In this document: piece by piece, positions 33,520 through 42,614 of the stretch
Layout: each line of letters opens with the position of its first letter
Position numbering within the stretch: position 1 is the first letter of the stretch
NCBI GenBank assembly: GCA_963761305.1
Contig: CAVXGK010000002.1
Coordinates: 2,720,001-2,784,000, forward strand
DNA from: an uncultured Gemmatimonadaceae bacterium
Lineage (GTDB): Bacteria; Gemmatimonadota; Gemmatimonadetes; Gemmatimonadales; Gemmatimonadaceae
Direction: 5' to 3'
DNA: 64,000 nt
Program-made: the position numbers and the translations under genes
Notes under the pieces: model-generated
What the model was told of the DNA's origin: nothing
Database searches by the model: none
Seen by the model: only the letters and a program-made list of their open reading frames with translations

Positions 33520-34265
33520 CGGCGCCCGCCGAGGAAACGTACGCACCGTTCGTCGCCAATTGGTCGCTGACGAAGGTGCTCATCCCGTTCGCGCACGCGA
33601 TGGCGGCGTACTTTCGGGCGCGCACGTTCGGGACGGAGCGGATCCCGCGAGACACGCCGGTGATCTTCGTCGGAAAGCACCCGCGAAGTTTTCTCTACAT
33701 CGAGACGTTGATTCTGGGGACGTACGCGTGGTGGGACAGAGACGGACCGCCGATCCGGGTGCTCGAGAGTCGCGCGACGTCGCTGCACCGCGCGCCCATC
33801 ATCGGCTGGATGCGGCGGCACGTCAACGCGCTGGCCGCGACGGCGGCGCACGCGCTTCAGGCGCTGAGCAGCGGCGAGTCGATCCTCATCTTCCCCGGCG
33901 GAGCGCGCGAGCTCTACGGTGAGCCGAATCGCCTGCGCTGGAACGGCCGCGACGGATTCGCTCGGCTGTCGATCGAGGCCCAGGTTCCCATCGTGCCGTT
34001 CGCGATCATCGGCGCCGACCGGCAGCATCCGGTTCGGCTGCCCGTCGGCAAGTCGAGTGTCTGGCTTCCGCCCTTTCCGCTGCCGGTGCGGTTGGACTAC
34101 CACTTTGGTGAGCCGATCGAAGCGCCGAGCGGGTGGACAGGTGGACCGGTGGACCGGTGGACCGGAGAAGAGGAACGACGAGTGGCGCGCGACCATGCCG
34201 CGCACGTCGAGCGGGTGACGCAGGCGCTCATCGACGACGGGCTGGCCGCGCGCAACCGACGATGA
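33516..34265 (+). CDS. Acyltransferase (PlsC superfamily, DGAT2/MGAT-like motifs)
   Basis: VIFVGKHPRS, FPGGARE, RDGFARLS....PIVP; 4-bp overlap with the GT4 gene. Confidence 0.85.
   Translation: MTAPAEETYAPFVANWSLTKVLIPFAHAMAAYFRARTFGTERIPRDTPVIFVGKHPRSFLYIETLILGTYAWWDRDGPPIRVLESRATSLHRAPIIGWMRRHVNALAATAAHALQALSSGESILIFPGGARELYGEPNRLRWNGRDGFARLSIEAQVPIVPFAIIGADRQHPVRLPVGKSSVWLPPFPLPVRLDYHFGEPIEAPSGWTGGPVDRWTGEEERRVARDHAAHVERVTQALIDDGLAARNRR
34132..34165 (+). repeat. 8-bp tandem repeat (GGTGGACM)x4 inside the acyltransferase gene
   Basis: GGTGGACA GGTGGACC GGTGGACC GGTGGACC GG. Confidence 0.85.
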
Positions 34266-34274
34266 GGCGCGACG

Positions 34275-35033
34275 TTGCGATCAGCTCCGGTGCTGGACAC
34301 GAGCCGCTGGTACTACCGATTCGGCTACGTAGGAGCGACGCGCCTTCTGTCGGCCTATCATCGCACGCGCGTGCGGAGCCGCGAGGGCGAGTTCGTTCCT
34401 CCAACCGGGCCGTGCATCTACGTCGCGCACCACGGCGCCGGCTACTTCACGCTCGACCTCGTCGTCGCCTGCTACCAGCTCGGCTGGCGAGCGTGGCTGG
34501 AACGGCGCGGCGCGGCCTCCCCGACGCGAATCGTCGCGTCGCGCGACCATACGATGGAACGTGTCGTGCCCGGGCTCCGTACGGCCAAACGACACGTCGG
34601 CATCATCGACCCGTCGGAGGACGCCTGCGTTGAAGTGCTCGAGCGCGGTGAACAATTGTTGATCACGCCGGGCGGCCGGCGCGAGGCGCGCCCGGAAGCG
34701 CGCGACTATCGGCTGAAGTGGGCCGATCGGTTCGGTTTCGCGCGTGTGGCGCTCCGCACCGGCGTGCCGATTTTTCCGCTCGCGGTGGTCGGCGGATTCG
34801 AGGCCTATCCCGGATGGTCGCGAGGGAAAGCGTCGTTCTGGTCGCCCTTCCCTCTCCCCGTGCGTCTCGACGTCGCACTCGGCGCACCGATCGCCGTTTC
34901 GCCCTCGCAACATCCCGACGCCGGCGCGGTGCGACGGCTGCACGAGCGCGCATGGCAGGCCACGCAGTCCCTCTACGACGAGATCATCGCCGAGCGCCGA
35001 GGAAAGGTCGCGCTCGCGCCTCCGCGCGCATGA
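34275..35033 (+). CDS. Second acyltransferase (PlsC superfamily, DGAT2/MGAT-like motifs)
   Basis: IYVAHHGAGYFTLD, TPGGRRE, RFGFARVALRTGVPIFP; shares PFPLPVRLD with the first paralogue. Confidence 0.85.
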   Translation: MRSAPVLDTSRWYYRFGYVGATRLLSAYHRTRVRSREGEFVPPTGPCIYVAHHGAGYFTLDLVVACYQLGWRAWLERRGAASPTRIVASRDHTMERVVPGLRTAKRHVGIIDPSEDACVEVLERGEQLLITPGGRREARPEARDYRLKWADRFGFARVALRTGVPIFPLAVVGGFEAYPGWSRGKASFWSPFPLPVRLDVALGAPIAVSPSQHPDAGAVRRLHERAWQATQSLYDEIIAERRGKVALAPPRA

Positions 35034-35695
35034 GCGCCGAGCGCACGCTCATCGCCAGCGACTGGCATCTCAGCCGATACAGCTCGACCGCCGCGTCGAC
35101 GCTGGCGTTCGCGTTTCTCGAGCGGGCGCGCGACGCCGGCGACCGGGTGATTCTCAACGGCGACATCTTCGAGGGACTTTTCGAGCCCGTCGCGCTGTCG
35201 GAAGAGGCGCATCCGCACATCGTGGCGTTGATGACCGCGATGAGTCGCACCGGTCAGCTGCGCCGAACGGAAGGAAACCACGATCCCGGCGCCGGTGCGG
35301 CGACGATCGTGCTCGACCACGAGACGCTCGGCCCCGTTCTCGTGATGCACGGCCACGTCGCGGACCAGCTTCGCACGTCGCCGATCGGCAGGCTCGGCGA
35401 CTTCATCTCGCGGCGGTTCGGATGGATCCCGGCCGTGCGCCTCGCCGCGCGCCTCGCCGAACAGAGCGCGTCGCTCACCGCCCATCGCATCGAGCGCATC
35501 TTCAGCCAGCGCTGCCGCGACATCGTGCGGCGGAGTGCCGGCGCATTCGGCGTGTTCGGGCACATTCACCGGCAGTATCTGGTGGCCGGCGACCAGTACG
35601 CGAACGCCGGTCATCTCACCGACCAGCGGCTCGAGTTCATCGCGATCGGTCGGCGCGGCGCGGAGGCTTCACGGCTCGACGTGTCCGAGTTGTGA
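35030..35695 (+). CDS. LpxH/PlcP-like metallophosphoesterase
   Basis: SDWHL, NGDIFE, GNHD, HGH, GHIH, YANAG; ATGA overlap. Confidence 0.8.
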   Translation: MSAERTLIASDWHLSRYSSTAASTLAFAFLERARDAGDRVILNGDIFEGLFEPVALSEEAHPHIVALMTAMSRTGQLRRTEGNHDPGAGAATIVLDHETLGPVLVMHGHVADQLRTSPIGRLGDFISRRFGWIPAVRLAARLAEQSASLTAHRIERIFSQRCRDIVRRSAGAFGVFGHIHRQYLVAGDQYANAGHLTDQRLEFIAIGRRGAEASRLDVSEL

Positions 35696-36213
35696 GTCGA
35701 GAAACGGCGGCGGCGTTCGTCGCCCACTGGGGTTACGTGGGTGTGTTCGCGGCGATTTTCATCGAGGAGGCCGGGGTACCGTTGCCCGTGCCCGGCGATT
35801 TGTTCATCGCGGCGCTCGGGGCCGTGGGGCATGCGAGGGCCTCGAGCTTCGCGATGACGACGCTCGTCGTCGTCGTCGCGACGGTGGGAGGATCGGCGAT
35901 CTTGTTCGAGATGTCGCGGCGCCTCGGCCAGCCGATGATGATAAAAATCGGCCGGCGGTTCGGGTTCAACGAGGATCGCGCCGTTCGCGTCGAGAAGTGG
36001 CTGGATCGCCGCGGAGCGTACGCGATCATCCTGGGACGCCTCACGCCGGGGCTGCGGATCGTGTTGACCGTGGCCGCGGGCGCGCTTCGAATGCGGCGGG
36101 ACGTCTTCATGCTCGGAACAGCGGTCGCGTCGGTGATCTGGGCGACGATCTACTACTGGCTCGGCTATTTGCTCAGCGCGGGTGCGAGCGCGGCGTTCGG
36201 CTCGCACGCCTGA
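35692..36213 (+). CDS. DedA family membrane protein
   Basis: IEEAGVPLPVPGD, GRLTPGLR; GTGA overlap. Confidence 0.9.
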   Translation: MSRETAAAFVAHWGYVGVFAAIFIEEAGVPLPVPGDLFIAALGAVGHARASSFAMTTLVVVVATVGGSAILFEMSRRLGQPMMIKIGRRFGFNEDRAVRVEKWLDRRGAYAIILGRLTPGLRIVLTVAAGALRMRRDVFMLGTAVASVIWATIYYWLGYLLSAGASAAFGSHA

Positions 36214-36234
36214 GGCCCGACGGAGCCGGTCGCT

Positions 36235-37695
36235 CTAAGGCAAACGAAAGACGTCCAGCACGCCGCTCTTGCTGTGGTTGTTGGCGTTTCCCTCTGGGAC
36301 CGCGACCATCCCGTCGACGACGATCGGGCTGTTCCAGTGTCCGCCGCCGCAGTCGAGACGCGCGACCTGGTGGCCGGTCTCGGGGACGTAGACGCGCAGC
36401 CCGCCGCCCGGATCGTAGACGTAGAGCAGTCCGCCGGCGACCACGGGGCTCGTGCCGGGATTTCCGTTGCTCCACGCCGAGTGAAGCTGTCCGCCGCTCA
36501 CCGTCCACGCGGCGGTTCCGCTGCCGTTGGCGGCGAACATCCACGTCGTCCCGGTGGACGCGTGCCACACAGCGGGCGCCGAAAAGAGGCCGGCGCTGGC
36601 CGGCGCGGGAACCATCTGCTGTTCGCCGCCGCGATGCGACCCAGCCTGCCGCGTCGCCGCGAGGCCCAGCACGCGAATCGATCCGTCCTTGCCGCTCTGG
36701 GCCACGAGGCCGCCGCCGAGCAGCACGGGTGACGTCGATCCGACGTCCACGTCGCCGGCGTTGAGCGCTTCTGTATTAGAGGGTGTATAGTTGCCGACGA
36801 GATGGGTCGCGTTGGCGTCCAGCTCGAGCGTCGCGTCGCCCCAGTTGGTGATCCCGTCCCACTTGCCGTTTCCGGTGGCGACGAAGATGTCGCCGGTCGC
36901 CGTGTCGACGACGGCGCCCGCCCGTCCCCAGATGGCCGCATCGCTCTCGCCGCACGACGCCGGCGCGATCAACCCCGCGCGGTCGCTGCACAGCGCGTTC
37001 CAGACATTGAGGAGCTTGCCGCTCGAGCCGTCGATCACGGCCACGTGCCCCTGGTACGGCGGCGCGTCGCCGATGTAGCCGCCGGTGGTCGCGATCACGT
37101 GCCCACGATCGTAGTTCAGCGCCGAGGCGATCTTTTCGCGCGCCGGCAAGAGTGTGATCGAAGTGGTCCAGACGGCGTGTCCGTCGGAGAGCGCCAGCTT
37201 GCGGATGTCTCCCTCGGGCGACGCGGCATAAACGGATTGGCGGTCCGGATCGGCGACGGGCGTCGCGGTCGTGATCTGGTACGAGCCGCTGAAGGTCGAG
37301 TACGCGCTCGGCGTGAACTCCCAGAGTATCGAACCGTCGTTGGCGTCGATGGTGATCGTCTTGCCGTAGGTCGTGGTGACGACGAAGACATCGTGGGCGG
37401 CGCCGTTGACCTGGACGGCATGGAGATAGATCGGCGACGCGTCGACGGTTCCGTCGAGCGCGATCTGTTGCACCTTGAGGGTGCCGACGTTGGTGGAGTC
37501 GAGGCGAGTGGGGTCCGGCGACGCGCTCGAGCGCGCGGCGTCGTAGCCGAAGCGGGTCCAGTCGTGGGAGCTCGACGGGTTGGGAGGCTGGCCGTCGGGA
37601 GGCTTCGGCGCGTTGCCGTCACCGGCGGGGGCGTTTTCGGAGCAGGCGAGCGCCAAGAGCGCCGAGGCGAAGAGAGCGCGAAGGCCGAGCGTCAT
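36235..37695 (-). CDS. PQQ-like beta-propeller lipoprotein
   Basis: Lipobox ALAC; DWTRFGYD, DANDGSILW, ATGNG, SPVV/SPIV repeats. Confidence 0.85.
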   Translation of the reverse strand: MTLGLRALFASALLALACSENAPAGDGNAPKPPDGQPPNPSSSHDWTRFGYDAARSSASPDPTRLDSTNVGTLKVQQIALDGTVDASPIYLHAVQVNGAAHDVFVVTTTYGKTITIDANDGSILWEFTPSAYSTFSGSYQITTATPVADPDRQSVYAASPEGDIRKLALSDGHAVWTTSITLLPAREKIASALNYDRGHVIATTGGYIGDAPPYQGHVAVIDGSSGKLLNVWNALCSDRAGLIAPASCGESDAAIWGRAGAVVDTATGDIFVATGNGKWDGITNWGDATLELDANATHLVGNYTPSNTEALNAGDVDVGSTSPVLLGGGLVAQSGKDGSIRVLGLAATRQAGSHRGGEQQMVPAPASAGLFSAPAVWHASTGTTWMFAANGSGTAAWTVSGGQLHSAWSNGNPGTSPVVAGGLLYVYDPGGGLRVYVPETGHQVARLDCGGGHWNSPIVVDGMVAVPEGNANNHSKSGVLDVFRLP

Positions 37696-37807
37696 GTGGA
37701 CCTCGTCGAACAAGCCGTTGATGCTGCGGAAGAGCGAGTCGTTGGCGTCGACGAAGGCCTGGACGCGACGACCCGTGTCTTAGACCTGGTCCTGCGTATT
37801 TCTCAAA

Positions 37808-38353
37808 TGTACTCCGCGGAATGAAATGAGCGGCTGAAGAGCGTTGATCTGTGGAAAAGTGTTTTTGACGGAGCATCCAAACCTGTTGGAGTGAGCGTTC
37901 GAAGGTGAGAAGTCCCGTTCGCGTCCGTAGCGATGCGCGTCGAATCGCGTGCAGTGATCGTCGGACCTGTTGAAGCGACGTTCGGCTTGATTGAAGGCAG
38001 CGTCACGAGCTGTGATGCGAGCGAGTCGTGTGGAAATGGTGCGGTACCTCCTTGTGATGGCGTGGAAATGTCGTGAGAAGCGAGGGGAACGGGGTGAAGT
38101 GTCATGTCCGCGGCGTGAGATTCGACGGGAACAGCGGGTAGTCCCACGGGAGCGACGATTAATTCCGCGGGAACGGCGAGAGATCTCGCGGGCGACGTGC
38201 GAGGTGCGAGCGGAGCGCTGGTTGGTTTCACGGGAACGATCGTACATGCCAGGGGAAGAGTGAGAGATTCCACAGCGCGACGCGTGAATGCGATGTTGAG
38301 GATGATTGATTCGATGTTTCGGCGGTGGAATGGAGCGGAAACGGCCCGCAGTG
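37808..38353. repeat. Degenerate 21-nt tandem array (~23-26 units)
   Basis: Units on a 21-nt register, e.g. 38123 CGACGGGAACAGCGGGTAGTC, 38144 CCACGGGAGCGACGATTAATT, 38165 CCGCGGGAACGGCGAGAGATC, 38228 TCACGGGAACGATCGTACATG, 38249 CCAGGGGAAGAGTGAGAGATT. The ends are fuzzy. Confidence 0.75.
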
Positions 38354-38652
38354 GACGATTTGACCGGCCGAATTAGGACGGAACGCGAATTGGTTAGACG
38401 GGCCCGTCTACCTATTGAATCGCCACGACTAGCGATTTGCTCGTCGATGAACGAGGCAGACCGGTCTTGCGGCTGATCCTTGCGCCACGCGCGGTTGGCT
38501 CCGATTCTCAACGACGAAAACCCATCCCCGCCATCCGCCTCCATGCCGATCCGATGGAACGCCGCAGTACCCCCGCTGCTCGTGTTCATGACGTCGTCGG
38601 CTCGCACGAGCTCGCCGGCGCGCGCCGATTACCAGCTGTCGCCGAGGCGTCC

Positions 38653-39216
38653 ATGATCGCCTTCGTTTCCGGAGAGCCGCTGCCGCTCGAGCAATGGGAG
38701 ACGTTCTACGTCATCGTCGGCTCGGCAGGCGGCGCGCTGACGGGCCTCTTGTTCGTCGTCGTCGCCCTCGTCGCCGACCGAACGCAGGCGGCGACGTCGC
38801 GCGGGCTCAGCGCGTTCACCACACCGTCGATGTTCCATTTCATCAACGTGATGGCGATCGCGGCGCTGGTCGCGATGCCGAGAAAAGGCCTCGCCAGCCT
38901 CGCCATTTTGCTGGCGATCGTCGCCGTCATCGGCGCCGTGATCACGGTGCTCGCCGTCGTCCACATACACCAGTTCGACGCCTACTCGGCCGTCGCCGAA
39001 GATTGGATTTGGCATGGCCTCATCCCCGGCGTCGCCTACGCGCTGCTGCTCGTCGACGCGATCATGCTGAGGAGCGCCACGGACTTCGCGCTCTATGGCG
39101 TCGGGTCGGTGAGCCTGGCGCTCCTGTTCGCCGGCATTCACAACGCGTGGGACGTCGCGCTCTACAGCGCCACCGCGATGCCGAAGAAAGACAGCACGCC
39201 GAGCGAAAAGAGTTGA
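38653..39216 (+). CDS. Hypothetical membrane protein
   Basis: WETFYVIVGSAGGALTGLLFV...EDWIWH...GIHNAWD; about 5 TM segments. Confidence 0.8.
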   Translation: MIAFVSGEPLPLEQWETFYVIVGSAGGALTGLLFVVVALVADRTQAATSRGLSAFTTPSMFHFINVMAIAALVAMPRKGLASLAILLAIVAVIGAVITVLAVVHIHQFDAYSAVAEDWIWHGLIPGVAYALLLVDAIMLRSATDFALYGVGSVSLALLFAGIHNAWDVALYSATAMPKKDSTPSEKS

Positions 39217-39232
39217 GACCGCGGCCGCGCTG

Positions 39233-39715
39233 ATGCCGATCACCGTCCGACGCGCCACACCCGCCGACCTGCCGGCGCTCGGCCGGCTCGGCGCTTTGCT
39301 CGTACGCGAGCACCACGACTTCGACCCCAAGCGCTTCATCCCGGCGACGTCGGAGACTGAGGCGGGGTACGCGTGGTACCTTGGCACGCAGCTCGAGGTG
39401 ACCAACGTCGCGGTGATGGTCGCCGAGGAGAATGGCGACGTCGTCGGCTACACGTACGCCGGTCTCGAGGGACGCGACTACATGGCGCTGCGCGGTCCGG
39501 CCGGCGCGCTGTACGACATCGTGGTCGATCCGGCCAAGCGCCGCCGCGGCGTCGGACGCCTGCTGATCGACGCCGCGTTGGCGTTCTTGAAAGACCTCGG
39601 CGCTCCACGCGTCGTCCTGTCGACCGCTACGCGCAACGACGCGGCGCAGCATCTGTTCGAGAGCGTCGGTTTCCGGCGGACGATGATCGAGATGACGGCC
39701 GAGCTGTCCGAGTGA
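39233..39715 (+). CDS. GNAT family N-acetyltransferase
   Basis: IVVDPAKRRRGVGRLL, NDAAQHLFESVGF. Confidence 0.9.
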   Translation: MPITVRRATPADLPALGRLGALLVREHHDFDPKRFIPATSETEAGYAWYLGTQLEVTNVAVMVAEENGDVVGYTYAGLEGRDYMALRGPAGALYDIVVDPAKRRRGVGRLLIDAALAFLKDLGAPRVVLSTATRNDAAQHLFESVGFRRTMIEMTAELSE

Positions 39716-40143
39716 CCACCGCGTGGCAGCCGTATCGCGAACCGGTCCGCACGACGCTGGTGCGCACGATCACGATCGCGCTCGTCGTGGCAACGATCGC
39801 CTCGCGATGGCTGGGTTGGTCCCGCTGGCCGGTCGTCGTGCTCATCATGCTCTGGCCGTCGTTCGGTGGTCACTGGGTGGAGCTCTGGTTCTTGAACTGG
39901 CTCCGCCCTCGCCTGCCGGCCGCGCGCAGCGTGCAGGTAACGGCGCGCCTCGCCGTGTGGTTCGTGGGCGGAATCGTGCTCGCCACCGGCATGACGCTCA
40001 CCGCTCTCGCGATGGGTGGGGTCCGACCGGTGCCTTGGCCGGCGATGTGGATCGGCGGAGTCGGGTTCATCGTGGTGGAGCTCGTCGCGCAGGCGGCGCT
40101 GCAGCTCCGCGGACGGCCCAGTTTCTACAACGGCCGCGGTTGA
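39712..40143 (+). CDS. Hypothetical membrane protein
   Basis: GTGA overlap; 4 TM segments; WPSFGGHWVELWFLN, PSFYNGRG. Confidence 0.75.
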   Translation: MTTAWQPYREPVRTTLVRTITIALVVATIASRWLGWSRWPVVVLIMLWPSFGGHWVELWFLNWLRPRLPAARSVQVTARLAVWFVGGIVLATGMTLTALAMGGVRPVPWPAMWIGGVGFIVVELVAQAALQLRGRPSFYNGRG

Positions 40144-40234
40144 GACACAGGGCACTAGCCGCCGGCGGCGGCGTGCCCGATCTTCTCGGCGCCCCACCCA
40201 ACCTTGGCTGCGAGGAAGACACGTGGATGACCCG

Positions 40235-40528
40235 ATGACGCTGACCGCCGAGTTCCGCTCCTCGGAGTGGGAGCTCGTGCTGAAATTCGAAGACGGCTCG
40301 ATCCCCGCGGCCCAATGGAACGTGGAGACAGTGAAGACAGTGGCGTCATGGTACGCGAAGAATCTCGCGACCGACATCGCGACGGCGCGCTATCGCGAGT
40401 ACTACCAGAAGAACCATCATCGGCTTACCAACCGGCGCGAGGGCGCGGCGGTAGCGACGGACGCAATCGAGGCAGTCGATCGGGTGTGGGAGCCGCTGCT
40501 GGCGAGCGCGCTGGAGGCGAAGAAGTAG
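40235..40528 (+). CDS. Hypothetical protein
   Basis: ELVLKFEDGSIPAAQWN...; GC3-rich codons; GAGGA upstream (alternative start GTG 40223). Confidence 0.6.
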   Translation: MTLTAEFRSSEWELVLKFEDGSIPAAQWNVETVKTVASWYAKNLATDIATARYREYYQKNHHRLTNRREGAAVATDAIEAVDRVWEPLLASALEAKK

Positions 40529-41747
40529 CGCGCCCGCGGTGGCGTGCCGTCTTTGCCTGGTGCACCTCCGCCGACGCCGTCTCAGCGCGCCGTAACGTCA
40601 CGAGCGTGACTTCAGGCCGTGCGCCGATCCGGAATGGAATTCCCCAGTAGCCCGTCCCGGGGCTGATGTAGAGCACCGAGTCATCGCTCGTGTGCGCGCC
40701 CATCGCGTGCGCGAGGAATGGCGACGCGAGGCTCCAGCCGAGCCTCGGCAGCGCGAACTGTCCCCAGTGCGTGTGTCCGCTCAACGTGAGCGCCACGCCT
40801 CGTGACGCTAGCGACGGCCAAAGCGCCGGATTGTGCGCGAATGCGACGACCGTCGCATCGCGCGGCACGTCGGCCAGCGCGAGGTCGATGTCCGGCGCCG
40901 CGCGCGACGTGCCGCGCCGTCCGCCGGCCGGATCGCCCGTGCCGACGACGACGATCGCCTCGCCGCCGCGACGAATCACGCGCGCTTCGTTCACCAGCAC
41001 AGTTCCCAGATTGGCGCGCCGCAGCGCACCCTCGACGTCGTCCCACCCCGCGTAGACGTCGTGATTGCCGGGAATCATGAACACGCCGGACGGCGCCGAG
41101 AGCGAGCCAAGTAGGTTGGCGTAGACGGCCACGTCCTCGGCGCGATCGTCGATCAGGTCGCCGGTGATGGCGATGATGTCCGGCGACAGCCCTTGCGTCG
41201 CACGCACAACGCGGTTGACGAATCGCTTCGACGTGTGCGGGCCGATGTGCAGGTCCGACAGTTGGCCGATCTTGAGACCATCGAAACTCGGCGGCAGACC
41301 CGGAACGAACGCGTCCACGTGTCGCACGACGAGCCAGTTCGAGCCGACGTAGCCGGCGAGAAGAACGATCGCCATCACGACGACGACTACCAGCGCGAAC
41401 GCGCGTCCTACGACCAGCGCATGGCCGAACGGCGCACCGCCGATCAGGCCGATGAGTCCGGCCCCCGCGATGAGCGGAAGCAGCAGGTTCGCGTAGAGAA
41501 ACGGCCGCACCACCAGCAGTCGAAACGCGGCGTTCGGATAAAATGGCCAGCCCCGCCATCGAAGGAATACGACGAGTGGGAGCGTGAAGTACGCGGCCAC
41601 GGCCAGGGTCAGGGGCAGCGCTCCGGGGAACAGCCCGGCGGCGAGCGCGGCGATCGTCCCCCACGCGGCACCGAAGTAGACGACGACCCGCGCCGCGATC
41701 ACCGCAGGCGAACCGCCGCGACGGCGCCGGGGTCGTGAATTCGACAT
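40425..41747 (-). CDS. Membrane-anchored metallophosphoesterase (YkuE/YaeI-like)
   Basis: N-terminal TMs; SDLH, TGDLID, GNHD, AHNP, SGHTHWGQ, ISPGTG. Confidence 0.9.
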   Translation of the reverse strand: MSNSRPRRRRGGSPAVIAARVVVYFGAAWGTIAALAAGLFPGALPLTLAVAAYFTLPLVVFLRWRGWPFYPNAAFRLLVVRPFLYANLLLPLIAGAGLIGLIGGAPFGHALVVGRAFALVVVVVMAIVLLAGYVGSNWLVVRHVDAFVPGLPPSFDGLKIGQLSDLHIGPHTSKRFVNRVVRATQGLSPDIIAITGDLIDDRAEDVAVYANLLGSLSAPSGVFMIPGNHDVYAGWDDVEGALRRANLGTVLVNEARVIRRGGEAIVVVGTGDPAGGRRGTSRAAPDIDLALADVPRDATVVAFAHNPALWPSLASRGVALTLSGHTHWGQFALPRLGWSLASPFLAHAMGAHTSDDSVLYISPGTGYWGIPFRIGARPEVTLVTLRRAETASAEVHQAKTARHRGRATSSPPARSPAAAPTPDRLPRLRPSLPPRPRAGW

Positions 41748-41941
41748 GCTGAAATCTGCCGGCGCGTGGAAGCGCTCGCGTCGGGCGTGTTGCGGCAACT
41801 GCGGCTGAGCTTCCTATTTGGCCCGTCCGGACCCGAACGGAATCGGCGATCCGGGCGTAGCCCATGTGCCAGCCGCCGTTCCGTGGCGGAGGGCCGGTCC
41901 GAACGGTATCGTATCCCGTTGGTCCCTACCCCTTCAGTGCC

Positions 41942-42556
41942 ATGTTCACGCCTCACAAGTTCGCGGTCCTGCTCGCGTTCCCGTTGATGCTCGCCTGTTC
42001 GTCGGGGGAAAAACCCGCGGCGACCGTTCAACAGCAAGCGATGGCCGGCATGTCCGCGCCGGTGAAAATCCCCGCAGGGGCGATCTTCACCGAAGCCGAC
42101 GTCCACTTCATGCAGGGCATGATCGCGCACCACGCGCAGGCCATCTATATGTCGAACATGGCCGGGGCCCACGAGGGGAATCCGCATCTTCTCAAGTTCG
42201 CGGCAAAAATCGCCCAATCACAGACCGCCGAGATCCGGCTGATGCAAGATTGGCTGCGTCGAAACGGGCAATCCGCGCCGGACACATCGTCGTGGCACAC
42301 GATGCAGATGCCGGGGATGCTCACGGCGCAGCAACTCAAGGACCTCGCCGGCTCGAAGGGTGTCGATTTCGACCGCGAGTTTTTGAACCTGATGATCCAG
42401 CATCATGAAGGCGCGCTCCAAATGGTCTCGGATCTTTTCGCGTCGCCGCTGGCGGGGCAGGACGTCGACGTCTCGGTGTTTGCAAACGACGTCGAAACCG
42501 TGCAAACCGCCGAGATCAACACGATGCACGGCATGCTCGACCATCTGGGCAATTGA
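41942..42556 (+). CDS. DUF305 (ferritin-like) lipoprotein
   Basis: Lipobox MLAC; FMQGMIAHHAQA, SQTAEI, MPGM, MIQHHEGA. Confidence 0.9.
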   Translation: MFTPHKFAVLLAFPLMLACSSGEKPAATVQQQAMAGMSAPVKIPAGAIFTEADVHFMQGMIAHHAQAIYMSNMAGAHEGNPHLLKFAAKIAQSQTAEIRLMQDWLRRNGQSAPDTSSWHTMQMPGMLTAQQLKDLAGSKGVDFDREFLNLMIQHHEGALQMVSDLFASPLAGQDVDVSVFANDVETVQTAEINTMHGMLDHLGN

Positions 42557-42614
42557 GGTCTTTCAAATAGTCGGTCGCTGAACCCTTACTCCCTCACCCT
42601 CCGGAGCTCGTCTG

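Noticed and set aside
37808..38353. CRISPR array interpretation of the periodic region
   Set aside because: No conserved repeat alternating with unique spacers, the period is only 21 nt, and there are no cas genes.
40425..40528. 104-bp convergent overlap of two genes
   Set aside because: The overlapping tail is low-complexity and Pro/Arg-rich; likely stop loss or an indel rather than function.
41789..41799. Second RAE-like core GTTGCGGCAAC
   Set aside because: The core differs (GTTGC/GCAAC), the flanks are not palindromic, and the neighbours are unrelated to rifamycin.
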